Positions 9,110-18,253 of a stretch of 40,266 nucleotides of DNA are shown in pieces. Location of the stretch: the NCBI GenBank assembly GCA_030452225.1, contig JAKDMP010000003.1, positions 1 through 40,266 on the forward strand, written 5' to 3'. The DNA is from Gammaproteobacteria bacterium (lineage in GTDB: Bacteria; Pseudomonadota; Gammaproteobacteria; JAKDMP01). The notes beneath the pieces were generated by a model. It was not told the DNA's origin and did no database searches. It saw only the letters and a program-made list of their open reading frames with translations. Position 1 is the first letter of the stretch, and each line of letters begins with the position of its first letter. The position numbers and the translations under genes were made by a program.

Positions 9110-10969
9110 ATGGCCGAGATGCGTGAGTACCACCCCGACAAGATGCCCGACTACAAACCGATCGAAGCCTACGGCCTGATCGGGGACTGCCGCAGCGCAG
9201 CGCTGATCGGCGACGATGGTTCGCTGGACTGGGCCTGTTTCCCGGACTTCGACAGTCCGACAACCTTCGCGGCGCTCCTGGATCCGGAGAAGGGAGGCCG
9301 CTTTGCTCTCCGGCCGACCGAGCCATTTCGCGCGTACCAGGAGTATGAGGTCGGCACCAATGTACTGATTACCCATTTCTTGACCGCCGGCGGGTCGGTA
9401 CGCGTGCGTGATTTCATGCCCATACTCGAGGAAAGGCGCCGCCCCTCCTCGGAAGTTCATCGCCAGATCGAAGGCGCAGCCGGCCGCGTGCCGATGACAC
9501 TGGTGTTCGAGCCGCGTTTCAATTACGGCAAGGACGTGCCGCACTTCGAGCCGCTGGAACATGGCGTGCTTGCGCATCATGACCACGAGGACTGGGAACG
9601 CGAGCACTCTTTGTCGCTCGCCTGTCCGTTTGACCTCGTTGTTGACGAGCGCGGGGCCCGTGCCGGGTTCGAAGTCTCCGCCGGCGAGCAATTCTGGGTA
9701 GTGGCGGATTACGACAGCCATCGGCCGCACCCGGTCGTTGCCTATGGTTCCGAACGGCGCCTGCATCTGACCCGCTCTTATTGGCGGCACTGGGTATCGA
9801 GAATGGTGTACCAGGGCAATTATCGCAAAAGGGTGGAACGCAGCCTGCTGGTCTTGAAGTTGCTCAATTCCAGCGTGAGCGGTGGATTCATCGCCGCGCC
9901 CACCACGAGCCTGCCCGAATGGATCGGCAGTGGGCGCAACTGGGATTACCGTTACGCGTGGGTGCGCGATTCCGCTTTCATCATGCACGCGCTGTTCAAC
10001 GCCGGCTACGTCAAGGAAGGTACCGCATACTTTGACTGGATCCTGGAGAGTTGCCTGAGCACCGATGACGGCCTGAAGATCATGTATTCCGTCCATGGGG
10101 AAACGGATCTCCCTGAAAGCGAACTGCCGCTGCGCGGCTACCTGGACTCCCGGCCGGTGCGCATCGGAAATGCCGCTTCCAATCAGTTTCAACTCGATAT
10201 TTACGGCAGCCTGATCGAGGCAGCCGTGCACTACCAGCGCGCGGGAGGCGTGTTGACGATGGTCGAAATGGAACGGCTCTCGGGGATTGTCAACCATGTA
10301 CGCGAAAGCTGGCGCAAGCCGGATGATGGGATCTGGGAGGCGCGCGGGCAACGCCAGCACTACACGTACTCCAAGGTGTGGGCCTGGGTGGCGCTCGATC
10401 GCGGCTGGCGCGCGGCGCGCAGGCTGGGGTTGAATGTACCGTGGAAAGAATGGCGCAACGAAGCCGAGAAAATTCGCGAGGAAGTCCTCGAAAAGGGCTA
10501 CAACAAGAAGCTGGGGGCCTTTACGCAATACTACGGTGGCGAAATTCTCGACTCGGCCGTTTTGTGCATGCCGATCGTGGGCATCATCGATGCCGACGAT
10601 CCCCGTTTTCATTCGACGCGCGAGGTAATCTGCCGGGAATTGGCTGCCGGCCCTTATCCCTTGCTGTATCGCTACAATCCCGAAATCGCCAAGGACGGTG
10701 TCGGCGGCCCCGAAGGCGCCTTCCTGATGCCGTCATTCTGGCTGGTGGAAGACCTCGAGCTGGCGGGGATGCACAGGGAGGCGGCAGCGACGCTGGAGAA
10801 ACTGCTGCGTCTCGCATCGCCGCTGGGCTTGTACAGCGAGGAGATTCATCCGGAGAACCGGCGCCTGCTGGGCAACTTTCCCCAGGGATTCAGCCATCTG
10901 GGGATGATCAACGCGGCGCTGCGGCTGGAATCCCGAGACCTGGTGCAGCGTGTGCGCGCCCATGTCTGA
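9110..10969 (+). CDS. Glycoside hydrolase family 15 protein (trehalase/glucoamylase-like)
   Basis: YGLIGDCRSAAL, SLDWACFPDFDSP, AAPTTSLPE, RNWDYRYAWVRD, QLDIYG, DDGIWE, EGAFL, LGNFPQGFSHLG; AGGAG RBS. Confidence 0.93.
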   Translation: MAEMREYHPDKMPDYKPIEAYGLIGDCRSAALIGDDGSLDWACFPDFDSPTTFAALLDPEKGGRFALRPTEPFRAYQEYEVGTNVLITHFLTAGGSVRVRDFMPILEERRRPSSEVHRQIEGAAGRVPMTLVFEPRFNYGKDVPHFEPLEHGVLAHHDHEDWEREHSLSLACPFDLVVDERGARAGFEVSAGEQFWVVADYDSHRPHPVVAYGSERRLHLTRSYWRHWVSRMVYQGNYRKRVERSLLVLKLLNSSVSGGFIAAPTTSLPEWIGSGRNWDYRYAWVRDSAFIMHALFNAGYVKEGTAYFDWILESCLSTDDGLKIMYSVHGETDLPESELPLRGYLDSRPVRIGNAASNQFQLDIYGSLIEAAVHYQRAGGVLTMVEMERLSGIVNHVRESWRKPDDGIWEARGQRQHYTYSKVWAWVALDRGWRAARRLGLNVPWKEWRNEAEKIREEVLEKGYNKKLGAFTQYYGGEILDSAVLCMPIVGIIDADDPRFHSTREVICRELAAGPYPLLYRYNPEIAKDGVGGPEGAFLMPSFWLVEDLELAGMHREAAATLEKLLRLASPLGLYSEEIHPENRRLLGNFPQGFSHLGMINAALRLESRDLVQRVRAHV

Positions 10970-10994
10970 GTACTGCCGGGCGTTGTGATGCCTG

Positions 10995-11333
10995 TCAGCC
11001 GACGGCAGGCGTGGTCGTCAGCGGCGGTGCCTTGCGCGGGTCGGTCCAAACCGTGTGAATCACGATGCTGCGCTCGAAATAGACCGTGTAATCGGGGTAC
11101 ACCCAGCGGATGATGGGAGGTTTCAGAGGGCCTTGCGCGGTCGCCGGATCGGGGGGCATGATGCGTTGGGGGTCGCCGAACCGGGCACGCACTTCGGCCA
11201 TGGTCATCCCGCGGCTCGGAGAAGCCTGTGCCGCCCCGGAGGAGGCGGCGTAAACGCCCGGCGCAGGCAGGAGCGCTATCGTAACGGCGCAGAGCAGCAG
11301 GGAGGCGAGGGGCAATCCAAAATGTTTCGACAC
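10995..11333 (-). CDS. Small secreted protein with a BamE/SmpA-like PxRGMxM...FGxP...WxY motif
   Basis: GAAGGAG then GTG at 11333; signal peptide; PSRGMTMAEVRARFGDP...PPIIRWVYPDYTVYFE...VIHTV. Confidence 0.75.
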   Translation of the reverse strand: MSKHFGLPLASLLLCAVTIALLPAPGVYAASSGAAQASPSRGMTMAEVRARFGDPQRIMPPDPATAQGPLKPPIIRWVYPDYTVYFERSIVIHTVWTDPRKAPPLTTTPAVG

Positions 11334-11473
11334 GGGGCAAAATCTCCTTCGAGCTGGCAAAAGCCGGCGCTCTCAATTGCTTCGGCAGGAAAACTATAGC
11401 ATTTTGAGCACAATTTGACGATGCTCCGCGTAGAATGCCCGCACGACCTTCGCATTTTCAGGCTTGTTCAGGC

Positions 11474-12721
11474 ATGTTGCGTCCTTTGCCCCTGGCCATC
11501 GCATTGCGGTATCTGCGTGTGCGGCGCCGCAGCCGTTTCGTATCCATCGTGGCGGCGGTAGCGGTGGGGGGGGTGGCCCTGGCCGTTGCGGCCCTGATTA
11601 TCGTGCTCTCGGTCATGAACGGCATGCAGGGGACGATCACCCAGCGGCTATTGAGCGTCAATGCCGAGGTGAATGTTTCGGCGCACGGGGGGCAGGCGCT
11701 GTCGGACGTGAAAGAGCTTGCGACCCGTACCGCGGCGCTGCCGGAAGTGATCGCCAGTGCCCCCTACACACAGCGCCAGGTGGTGCTGGGTCACGGTGAA
11801 GCCCTGACCGGTGCGCGCCTGCGCGGCATCGTTCCGGAGGAACGCGACCGCGTGAACACGTGGCAAGACCACATGCTGATCGGCTCTCTCGAGGGGTTGG
11901 CAATGGAACGCTATGGCGTGATACTCGGGCGCGACCTGGCCGTGGCGCTCAATGTCTTTCCGGGCGACAAGGTGGCGGTGATCGTCCCGCGGGGCCTGGT
12001 CACGCCGATCGGCTTCATTCCACGCATGCGCCGTTTCACGGTCGTGGGGGTGTTTTCGGCGGGTTCGCCGCGAGCCGATTCCGGCCTGGCCATCACCAAC
12101 CTGGCCGCGATCAATACCTTGTTCGGCCTGTCGGGGCCGGCCAGCCTGAAGTTGAAACTCGCTGATCCCCTGCGGGCCGGCGCCGTGGCGCAAAAACTGC
12201 AAGCGCTGTTGCCGGAAAACCTCGAGGTGAACTCATGGGAAAGGCAGCATCAGAGCCTGTTCCAGGCACTCGCCAATGAACAGCGGATGTTGTTCGTGCT
12301 GGTAGCGTTGGCGGTGCTGATTGCCGCCTTCAACGTGCTGGGCGTGCTCAGCGTGCTGGTGGCGGACAAGCGCGCCGAGATTGCCGTACTCACCAGCCTC
12401 GGGCTCACGCCGCGCGGTGTGTTGACGAGTTTCCTCGCGCTGGGAGGCCTGATCGGCGCTTGCGGCATCGGGCTCGGGCTGCTGATTGGCTTGCTGGTTG
12501 CCTTCCATGTCAACGAAATCGTGTCGAGCCTGGGGCAGTGGCTGGGGCATCCACTGTTTGCTTCCGGCTCGGTCCGGATTGTCGGCCTGCCCTCCGAAGT
12601 AATGGCCGGGCAGGTGGTGGGCGTCGTGGTGCTGGCCGCGGTGCTCGTGCTGATTGCAGCCTGGCTGCCGGCAAGGCGCGCGGCCCGCATGAGCCCGGTG
12701 GAGGCCCTGAGTGGCGGCTGA
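11474..12721 (+). CDS. lolC: Lipoprotein-releasing ABC transporter permease, LolC-like
   Basis: IALRYLR, IIVLSVMNG, IAAFNV, KRAEIAVLTSLG, PARRAARMSPVEAL; upstream of lolD. Confidence 0.85.
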   Translation: MLRPLPLAIALRYLRVRRRSRFVSIVAAVAVGGVALAVAALIIVLSVMNGMQGTITQRLLSVNAEVNVSAHGGQALSDVKELATRTAALPEVIASAPYTQRQVVLGHGEALTGARLRGIVPEERDRVNTWQDHMLIGSLEGLAMERYGVILGRDLAVALNVFPGDKVAVIVPRGLVTPIGFIPRMRRFTVVGVFSAGSPRADSGLAITNLAAINTLFGLSGPASLKLKLADPLRAGAVAQKLQALLPENLEVNSWERQHQSLFQALANEQRMLFVLVALAVLIAAFNVLGVLSVLVADKRAEIAVLTSLGLTPRGVLTSFLALGGLIGACGIGLGLLIGLLVAFHVNEIVSSLGQWLGHPLFASGSVRIVGLPSEVMAGQVVGVVVLAAVLVLIAAWLPARRAARMSPVEALSGG

Positions 12722-13421
12722 TGCGAGGGGTGCGATCGTGCTCTCGGCACGCAGCCTGAGCCGCGATTATCCGCAGGGCAGTGAGCGCCTTGCCGTGCTG
12801 CGCGGCATCGATCTGGATCTTGCCGCGGGCGAGCGGGTGGCCGTCCTGGGCGCGTCCGGCAGCGGCAAATCCACGCTGCTGCACCTGCTTGCCGGCCTCG
12901 ATCGACCGAGCGCCGGGCATGTCACGCTTGCGGGCGTGCGGCTCGACGAGCTCGATGTCACCGGACGGGTGAAGCTCCGCAATCGGTCGCTGGGTTTCGT
13001 TTACCAGTTTCACCATTTGCTGATGGAGTTTTCCGCCCTGGAGAATGTTGCACTACCGCTGGTGATAGCCGGCGTCCGGCAACGGCGCGCGCGGCGCGAA
13101 GCCGAGCGGCTGCTCGAGCGCGTGGGTCTTTCCAGGCGGCGGCATGCCCGGCCTGCGAAACTCTCGGGTGGCGAGCGCCAGCGCGTGGCCATCGCGCGCG
13201 CGCTGGCAACGCGCCCGCCCGTTGTGCTCGCCGACGAGCCTACCGGCAACCTCGATGAGGAAACCGGTGCCGAGGTGTATGCGCTCATGCTGGAGATCAA
13301 CCGGGAGTTCGGCACGGCCTTTCTCATCGCGACGCATGATGCGGTCATCGCGCGCGGTGCCGGGCGTGTGCTGCGCCTGGATCACGGCCGCTTGGGCCCA
13401 TCGCCGCGGGACAGCGCATGA
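12711..13421 (+). CDS. lolD: Lipoprotein-releasing ABC transporter ATP-binding protein
   Basis: GASGSGKST, LolD motif GFVYQFHHLL, LSGGERQRVAIARAL, ADEPTGNLD. Confidence 0.95.
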   Translation: MAADARGAIVLSARSLSRDYPQGSERLAVLRGIDLDLAAGERVAVLGASGSGKSTLLHLLAGLDRPSAGHVTLAGVRLDELDVTGRVKLRNRSLGFVYQFHHLLMEFSALENVALPLVIAGVRQRRARREAERLLERVGLSRRRHARPAKLSGGERQRVAIARALATRPPVVLADEPTGNLDEETGAEVYALMLEINREFGTAFLIATHDAVIARGAGRVLRLDHGRLGPSPRDSA

Positions 13422-14638
13422 TATTCAGCATCGCCTGGCGGTTCCTGTTCGCCCGCGGGCGACAGGCGACCCTGCTCGCAGGGGTGGCGGTGGGCGGGCT
13501 GACATTGGGCGTGCTGGTGCTCACGACGGTGTTGAGCGTCATGAACGGCTTCGAGTCCACCCTGTCCGGCAAGCTGGTGGCGCTATCGGGGGAAGTGACG
13601 GTCAACCCTCCCGCCGGCACGGACTGGCGGGACTTGGCCGGGCGGCTTGAGCAACAAGAAGGAGTGGTGGCGGCCGCACCGCGTCTCACCGGCGAGGCCC
13701 TGCTGATGGCGGGGGGCGCGCTGGCTCCGATTGCCCTGCAGGGCATCGACGCCGATGCCGAAGCCCGCGTCTCGGCAGTCGACAAACATCTTTCCGGCCG
13801 CCGGCTCGCGGCACTCGTCCCCGGATCGCACAGGTTGATCGTGGGCGAGGCGCTGGCCGAGCAGCTCAAGCTCGAGATCGGCGACGACGTGACCCTGCTC
13901 ACGGCCGCCCCGAGCGCGGGAAACCGGATTTTCGAGCCGGCGCTGGCGCGCTTCCAGGTGGCGGGAATCTATCATCTGGGCATCTATCAGCTGGAGCTGC
14001 ACAAGGCCTATGCGGCGCTCGGCGATGTCCGCGCACTGTTTCCGCAGGCCGGCGCGCCAAGCATCGTGCTGCGAAGCGCCGCACCGCTGGCCGCCCCCGA
14101 ATTGTCTGCCCGCCTGCGCAGCAGGCTCGGCGCCGGTTATGCAGTGAGCGACTGGACGGAGCATCAGGCCGCCTTGTTCGCCACCATCGGTCTCGAAAAG
14201 CGCATGCTTTTCGTCGTGCTCGCCGCGATTCTTGCCGTGGCGGCGTTTGCCGTGGTGGCCACGCTGTTGGTGGCCGGGCTCGACCGCGAAGCGGACATTG
14301 CCGTGTTGAAAACCCTGGGCCTGGTACCGCGCCGCATAGCCGGCGTCTTCCTCGCACAGGGGTTCCTGCTCGGTGCCGTGGGCACGGCCCTGGGGCTGGG
14401 GCTGGGCGCACTGCTGGCGGTGAACGTCAACAATCTCCTGGGCGCCCTGGATCAGCTTTTCGACACCCGCCTGTTGCCGCCCTCGATCTATCTCATCAGC
14501 GAGTTGCCGGCCGAATTTCGCTGGCCCGATCTGGTCGTGACAGCGGCGGTGGCCATTGTGCTGGCCCTCGCGGCGGCGGTGTATCCCGCCCTGCGCGGGG
14601 CGCGCACCGCGCCCGCCGATGCATTACGCTATGAGTGA
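13418..14638 (+). CDS. lolE: Lipoprotein-releasing ABC transporter permease, LolE-like
   Basis: VLSVMNGFE, EKRML, DIAVLKTLG, IYLISELP, YPALRGA, C-terminal ALRYE; ATGA overlap with lolD. Confidence 0.85.
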   Translation: MIFSIAWRFLFARGRQATLLAGVAVGGLTLGVLVLTTVLSVMNGFESTLSGKLVALSGEVTVNPPAGTDWRDLAGRLEQQEGVVAAAPRLTGEALLMAGGALAPIALQGIDADAEARVSAVDKHLSGRRLAALVPGSHRLIVGEALAEQLKLEIGDDVTLLTAAPSAGNRIFEPALARFQVAGIYHLGIYQLELHKAYAALGDVRALFPQAGAPSIVLRSAAPLAAPELSARLRSRLGAGYAVSDWTEHQAALFATIGLEKRMLFVVLAAILAVAAFAVVATLLVAGLDREADIAVLKTLGLVPRRIAGVFLAQGFLLGAVGTALGLGLGALLAVNVNNLLGALDQLFDTRLLPPSIYLISELPAEFRWPDLVVTAAVAIVLALAAAVYPALRGARTAPADALRYE

Positions 14639-14748
14639 CAAGAATTGATACAGGCTTGAAGCCTGCATAACAACTGCGGGAGGGATTCAGGTTGGGCTGG
14701 ACCGGATTGACCGGCGCCCGGCGGCTTGTCGCCGTCGTGACGAAATGC

Positions 14749-17049
14749 ATGGCCGGGCGCGGGCCTGTGCCGCCATGGACGTGGCTGGCCGCGGCCTGGC
14801 TTGCCGGCGGCGCCCTGTCGCTTGCCGGGCATCATCTTTTCGCGATTCCGTGGTTGCTGGGAGCGGCGGGCGTGGCCTTGCTGAGCGCGCTTTGGGATCG
14901 CCGTGCGGTGCTGCTTGTGACCGCCGTGCTGGGCGCCTTGTGGGTGACCTGGTCGGCGGGCGAAGCCATGTCGGAGCGTCTGGCGCCGTCCTTGGCAAAG
15001 GATACGCTAGTCGTGACGGGCAGCGTGGCGAATCTGCCACGCATCGAGGGGCGGAGAATACGTTTTCGCTTCGCGGTTGATTCGGCCAGGAACGCCAAGG
15101 GTCAGCCGGTTCCCTGCCCGCGGTTGATCGCCCTGAGCTGGTATTACCCGCCTTCCGGAACCACCTTGCGCACCGGAGAGCGCTGGCGGTTTGCCGTGCG
15201 CCTCAAGCGGCCACGCAGTCTCGCCGATCCGGCCGTATTCGACTACGCGGGCTGGGCGCTCGCCCATGGCATCGGTGCGGGCGGCTATGTGTACGACGAT
15301 CGCGGCAAGCGCGTTGCGCCGGCTGCCCCCGGGCTGAATATCCTGCGCGCACGGATCGCGACGGACATTGCCTCTGCCTTGCCGGACAGCCCTTACGTGG
15401 GCTTGGTGGCCGGACTGGCCGTGGGCGAGCGCGGCGAGGTGAGCGAGGCGCAATGGCAGACGCTGCGCGATACCGGCACGATTCACTTGTTGTCCATCTC
15501 GGGGCTGCATCTCGCCTTCGGCGCCTTTCTGGTGTATTTCATCGCCTTGTTCGGGCTGCGGCGGCTCTCGCCGCTTGTGCGGCGCATGCCCGCCCGCATT
15601 CCCGCCGCCGGCCTGGCCGCCCTTGCGGCGATCGGCTATGCGGCGCTCGCCGGCTTCGCGATGGCCACCGAGCGCTCGCTGATCATGCTGATCCTGCCCC
15701 TGTTCACGCTCTCCCTGCGCCGGCGTGTACGCATCGCCGATACCCTGGCGCTGGCGGCGGTTGCCGTGATCCTGATTTCGCCCCTGGCGTTGATCACGGC
15801 AAGCTTCTGGCTGTCTTTCGGCGCCGTGGCAGCGCTCGTCTACGGCCTGACTTCGGCGCACCCGGCCTGGGGACTGATCCGCGCGCAAATCGTGGTGTCG
15901 CTCGGCATCGCGCCGCTGCTGGTGGCGTTTTTCGGCCAGGTATCGCTGATCGGGCCGCTGGCCAACCTGATCGCGATTCCCTATGTGAGCTGGCTCGTGG
16001 TTCCCGTCGATTTGCTCGGCGTGATGGCGAACCTCGTGCACGGCGGCTGGGGGGCGCCTCTGTTTCAACTCGCCGCCCTGTTGCTGTCCTGGTTGTGGCC
16101 GGTGCTCGAGTGGTTCGCGGCCTTGCCGCACGCCACATTTTCCCTCGGCGCCACGGGGTGGATGGCCACCGCCGCCGCGCTCGTCGGAGTCGTTTTTCTG
16201 ATCGCACCGCGCGGGCTGGGCCTGAGGTTGGCCGGGGCGGCCTTGTTGCTGCCGTTGCTGATGCCGGCCGTGTCGCGGCCGTCGCCAGGCAATTACCGCG
16301 TCACCGTGCTCGACGTGGGCCAGGGCCTGGCGACCGTGGTGACGACCGCGCATCATACCTTGCTGTTCGATACGGGACCTTCCTGGTGGGGCGGGAACAA
16401 TGCCGGACGCACGATCGTGGTGCCGTTTTTGCGCGCCCATCGCCTGGGCCGACCCGATCGGGTGATCGTCTCGCACGGCGACGAGGATCATTCCGGTGGG
16501 CTCCCTGCCATTCGGCGCCTGTGGCCGGATGTGGCGGTCCTGACCAGCGCCCCGGAGCTGCATGGCGAGCCTTGCCTGGCAGGGGAGCATTGGCGCTGGG
16601 ACGGGGTGCGTTTTGCCATTCTCTCCCCGCAACCCCATGCCGGCGGTTCGGACAACAATCGTTCCTGCGTGCTCAAGGTCAGCGGTGCCGGCGGCAGGGC
16701 CCTGTTTCCGGCCGATATAGAGGCGGAGCGCGAGCGCTGGCTGCTGCGGCATGACGGTGCCCGCCTGCAGGCCGACTTGCTGGTCGCGCCGCACCATGGC
16801 AGCGCGAGTTCTTCCACGGCCGGATTCGTACGCGCCGTGCACCCGGATTACGTCGTCTTTTCGACCGGCTTCCTCAACCGCTATCATTTCCCGCGAACGC
16901 CGGTGGTGGCGCGCTACCGCCATGTTGGCGCCCGCTTGGTCAATACCGCGCATGCCGGCGCCGTGACGTTTGCGGTGACCAGGGACGGGGGCGTGAGGTT
17001 GATTTCGCGCTATCGCCCGGAACACGCTCGACCCTGGACCGACCACTGA
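14749..17049 (+). CDS. comEC: DNA uptake channel ComEC/Rec2
   Basis: TGTIHLLSISGLH, SFWLSF, metallo-beta-lactamase domain LDVGQG, FDTG, SHGDEDHSGG, NNRSCVL, PHHGS, NRYHFP. Start approximate. Confidence 0.94.
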   Translation: MAGRGPVPPWTWLAAAWLAGGALSLAGHHLFAIPWLLGAAGVALLSALWDRRAVLLVTAVLGALWVTWSAGEAMSERLAPSLAKDTLVVTGSVANLPRIEGRRIRFRFAVDSARNAKGQPVPCPRLIALSWYYPPSGTTLRTGERWRFAVRLKRPRSLADPAVFDYAGWALAHGIGAGGYVYDDRGKRVAPAAPGLNILRARIATDIASALPDSPYVGLVAGLAVGERGEVSEAQWQTLRDTGTIHLLSISGLHLAFGAFLVYFIALFGLRRLSPLVRRMPARIPAAGLAALAAIGYAALAGFAMATERSLIMLILPLFTLSLRRRVRIADTLALAAVAVILISPLALITASFWLSFGAVAALVYGLTSAHPAWGLIRAQIVVSLGIAPLLVAFFGQVSLIGPLANLIAIPYVSWLVVPVDLLGVMANLVHGGWGAPLFQLAALLLSWLWPVLEWFAALPHATFSLGATGWMATAAALVGVVFLIAPRGLGLRLAGAALLLPLLMPAVSRPSPGNYRVTVLDVGQGLATVVTTAHHTLLFDTGPSWWGGNNAGRTIVVPFLRAHRLGRPDRVIVSHGDEDHSGGLPAIRRLWPDVAVLTSAPELHGEPCLAGEHWRWDGVRFAILSPQPHAGGSDNNRSCVLKVSGAGGRALFPADIEAERERWLLRHDGARLQADLLVAPHHGSASSSTAGFVRAVHPDYVVFSTGFLNRYHFPRTPVVARYRHVGARLVNTAHAGAVTFAVTRDGGVRLISRYRPEHARPWTDH

Positions 17050-17144
17050 GGCCCCATCCCGAGGGGCCCAAGCTGCGTAATCCGGCCGGCTGTGCGACAA
17101 TTTCCGCTTGTGATTGCTTTATTTTCGAGCGGAAGGGAAAGCGG

Positions 17145-17831
17145 ATGATTGAACTTTTTCGCGAAGGCGGCTGGATCATGTGGCCGATCCTGCTCTGTTC
17201 CGTGGTCGCGCTCGGTATCGTCCTGGAACGTCTTTGGGTCCTGCGCGTCAGCCGGGTTTGTCCGGAGCATCTGCTGGCCGAAGTGTGGTTGTGGGTCAAG
17301 GCGGGCAAAATCGACGAAAAGAAGGTGGAAGCGTTGCGGCGCAGCTCCCCGCTTGGCCAGGTTCTGGCCGCCGGGCTCTCCCGCCATGAGGCGAGCCGGG
17401 ATCTGATGAAAGAGGCGGTGGAAGATACCGGTCGGCACGTCGTGCACGAACTCGGCCGCCATCTGAATACCCTGGGCACCATCGCCGCGATTTCACCCCT
17501 CCTGGGCCTGCTCGGCTCCGTACTCGGCATCATGCGGGTGTTCTCCGGCATTTCCGCTACCGGCGCCATCACCAGCCAGGTGCTGTCGGGCGGTATCGCC
17601 GAAGCCTTGATCACGACCGCCGCCGGGATCATGATCGCCGTTCCTTCGCTCATTCTTTACCGCTATTTTCGCGGCAAGGTGGATGACCTCGTGGTGCGCA
17701 TGGAAGCGGATGCGATTCGACTGATCGAGACGCTCGGCAAGCTCCATGCCGAGGGAAAGGAAGCTGCCCGCCCGCGCAAAAAAACCACGCGCAGCAGCCC
17801 TGCAGCGAAAAAGGGCAGGCGCGTGGCGTGA
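17145..17831 (+). CDS. MotA/TolQ/ExbB proton channel family protein
   Basis: GGWIMWPILLCS, LGTIAAISPLLGLLGSVLGIM, GIAEALITTAAG. Confidence 0.92.
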   Translation: MIELFREGGWIMWPILLCSVVALGIVLERLWVLRVSRVCPEHLLAEVWLWVKAGKIDEKKVEALRRSSPLGQVLAAGLSRHEASRDLMKEAVEDTGRHVVHELGRHLNTLGTIAAISPLLGLLGSVLGIMRVFSGISATGAITSQVLSGGIAEALITTAAGIMIAVPSLILYRYFRGKVDDLVVRMEADAIRLIETLGKLHAEGKEAARPRKKTTRSSPAAKKGRRVA

Positions 17832-18253
17832 ACCTTCGCCCGCATGCCCATCAGTCTGAGGATGTGGAACTGAGCATCGTTCCGCTGGTTGACGTCATGT
17901 TGATGCTGCTTGTTTTTTTCATGCTGACGACGACCTTCGTTCACTTTGGACGCATTCACGTCACCCTGCCCGAAGCCAGCGTGCAGCAAAGTTCCGAGAA
18001 GGCGCCGATTGTGGTGACGATCACGCGTGACGGAAACTTTCTGGTGAACGAGCGCGCTCTGGTGAATTCCCGACCGGAGACGCTGCGGGCGGCTCTGGCC
18101 AGGATCGCCGGCGAAAATCGCGGCATTCCGATTCTGGTGCGTGCGGACAAGCGCTCGCATACCCAGGCCATCGTGACGGTGATGGATGTGGCGGGCGCAC
18201 TTGGCTTCAAGCGCATCAACATCCTGACCGCCCAACGGGACAACCAGCCGTGA
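17828..18253 (+). CDS. ExbD/TolR family biopolymer transport protein
   Basis: IVPLVDVMLMLLVFFM transmembrane motif with conserved Asp, LPEA, RAD, VMD. Confidence 0.92.
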   Translation: MNLRPHAHQSEDVELSIVPLVDVMLMLLVFFMLTTTFVHFGRIHVTLPEASVQQSSEKAPIVVTITRDGNFLVNERALVNSRPETLRAALARIAGENRGIPILVRADKRSHTQAIVTVMDVAGALGFKRINILTAQRDNQP

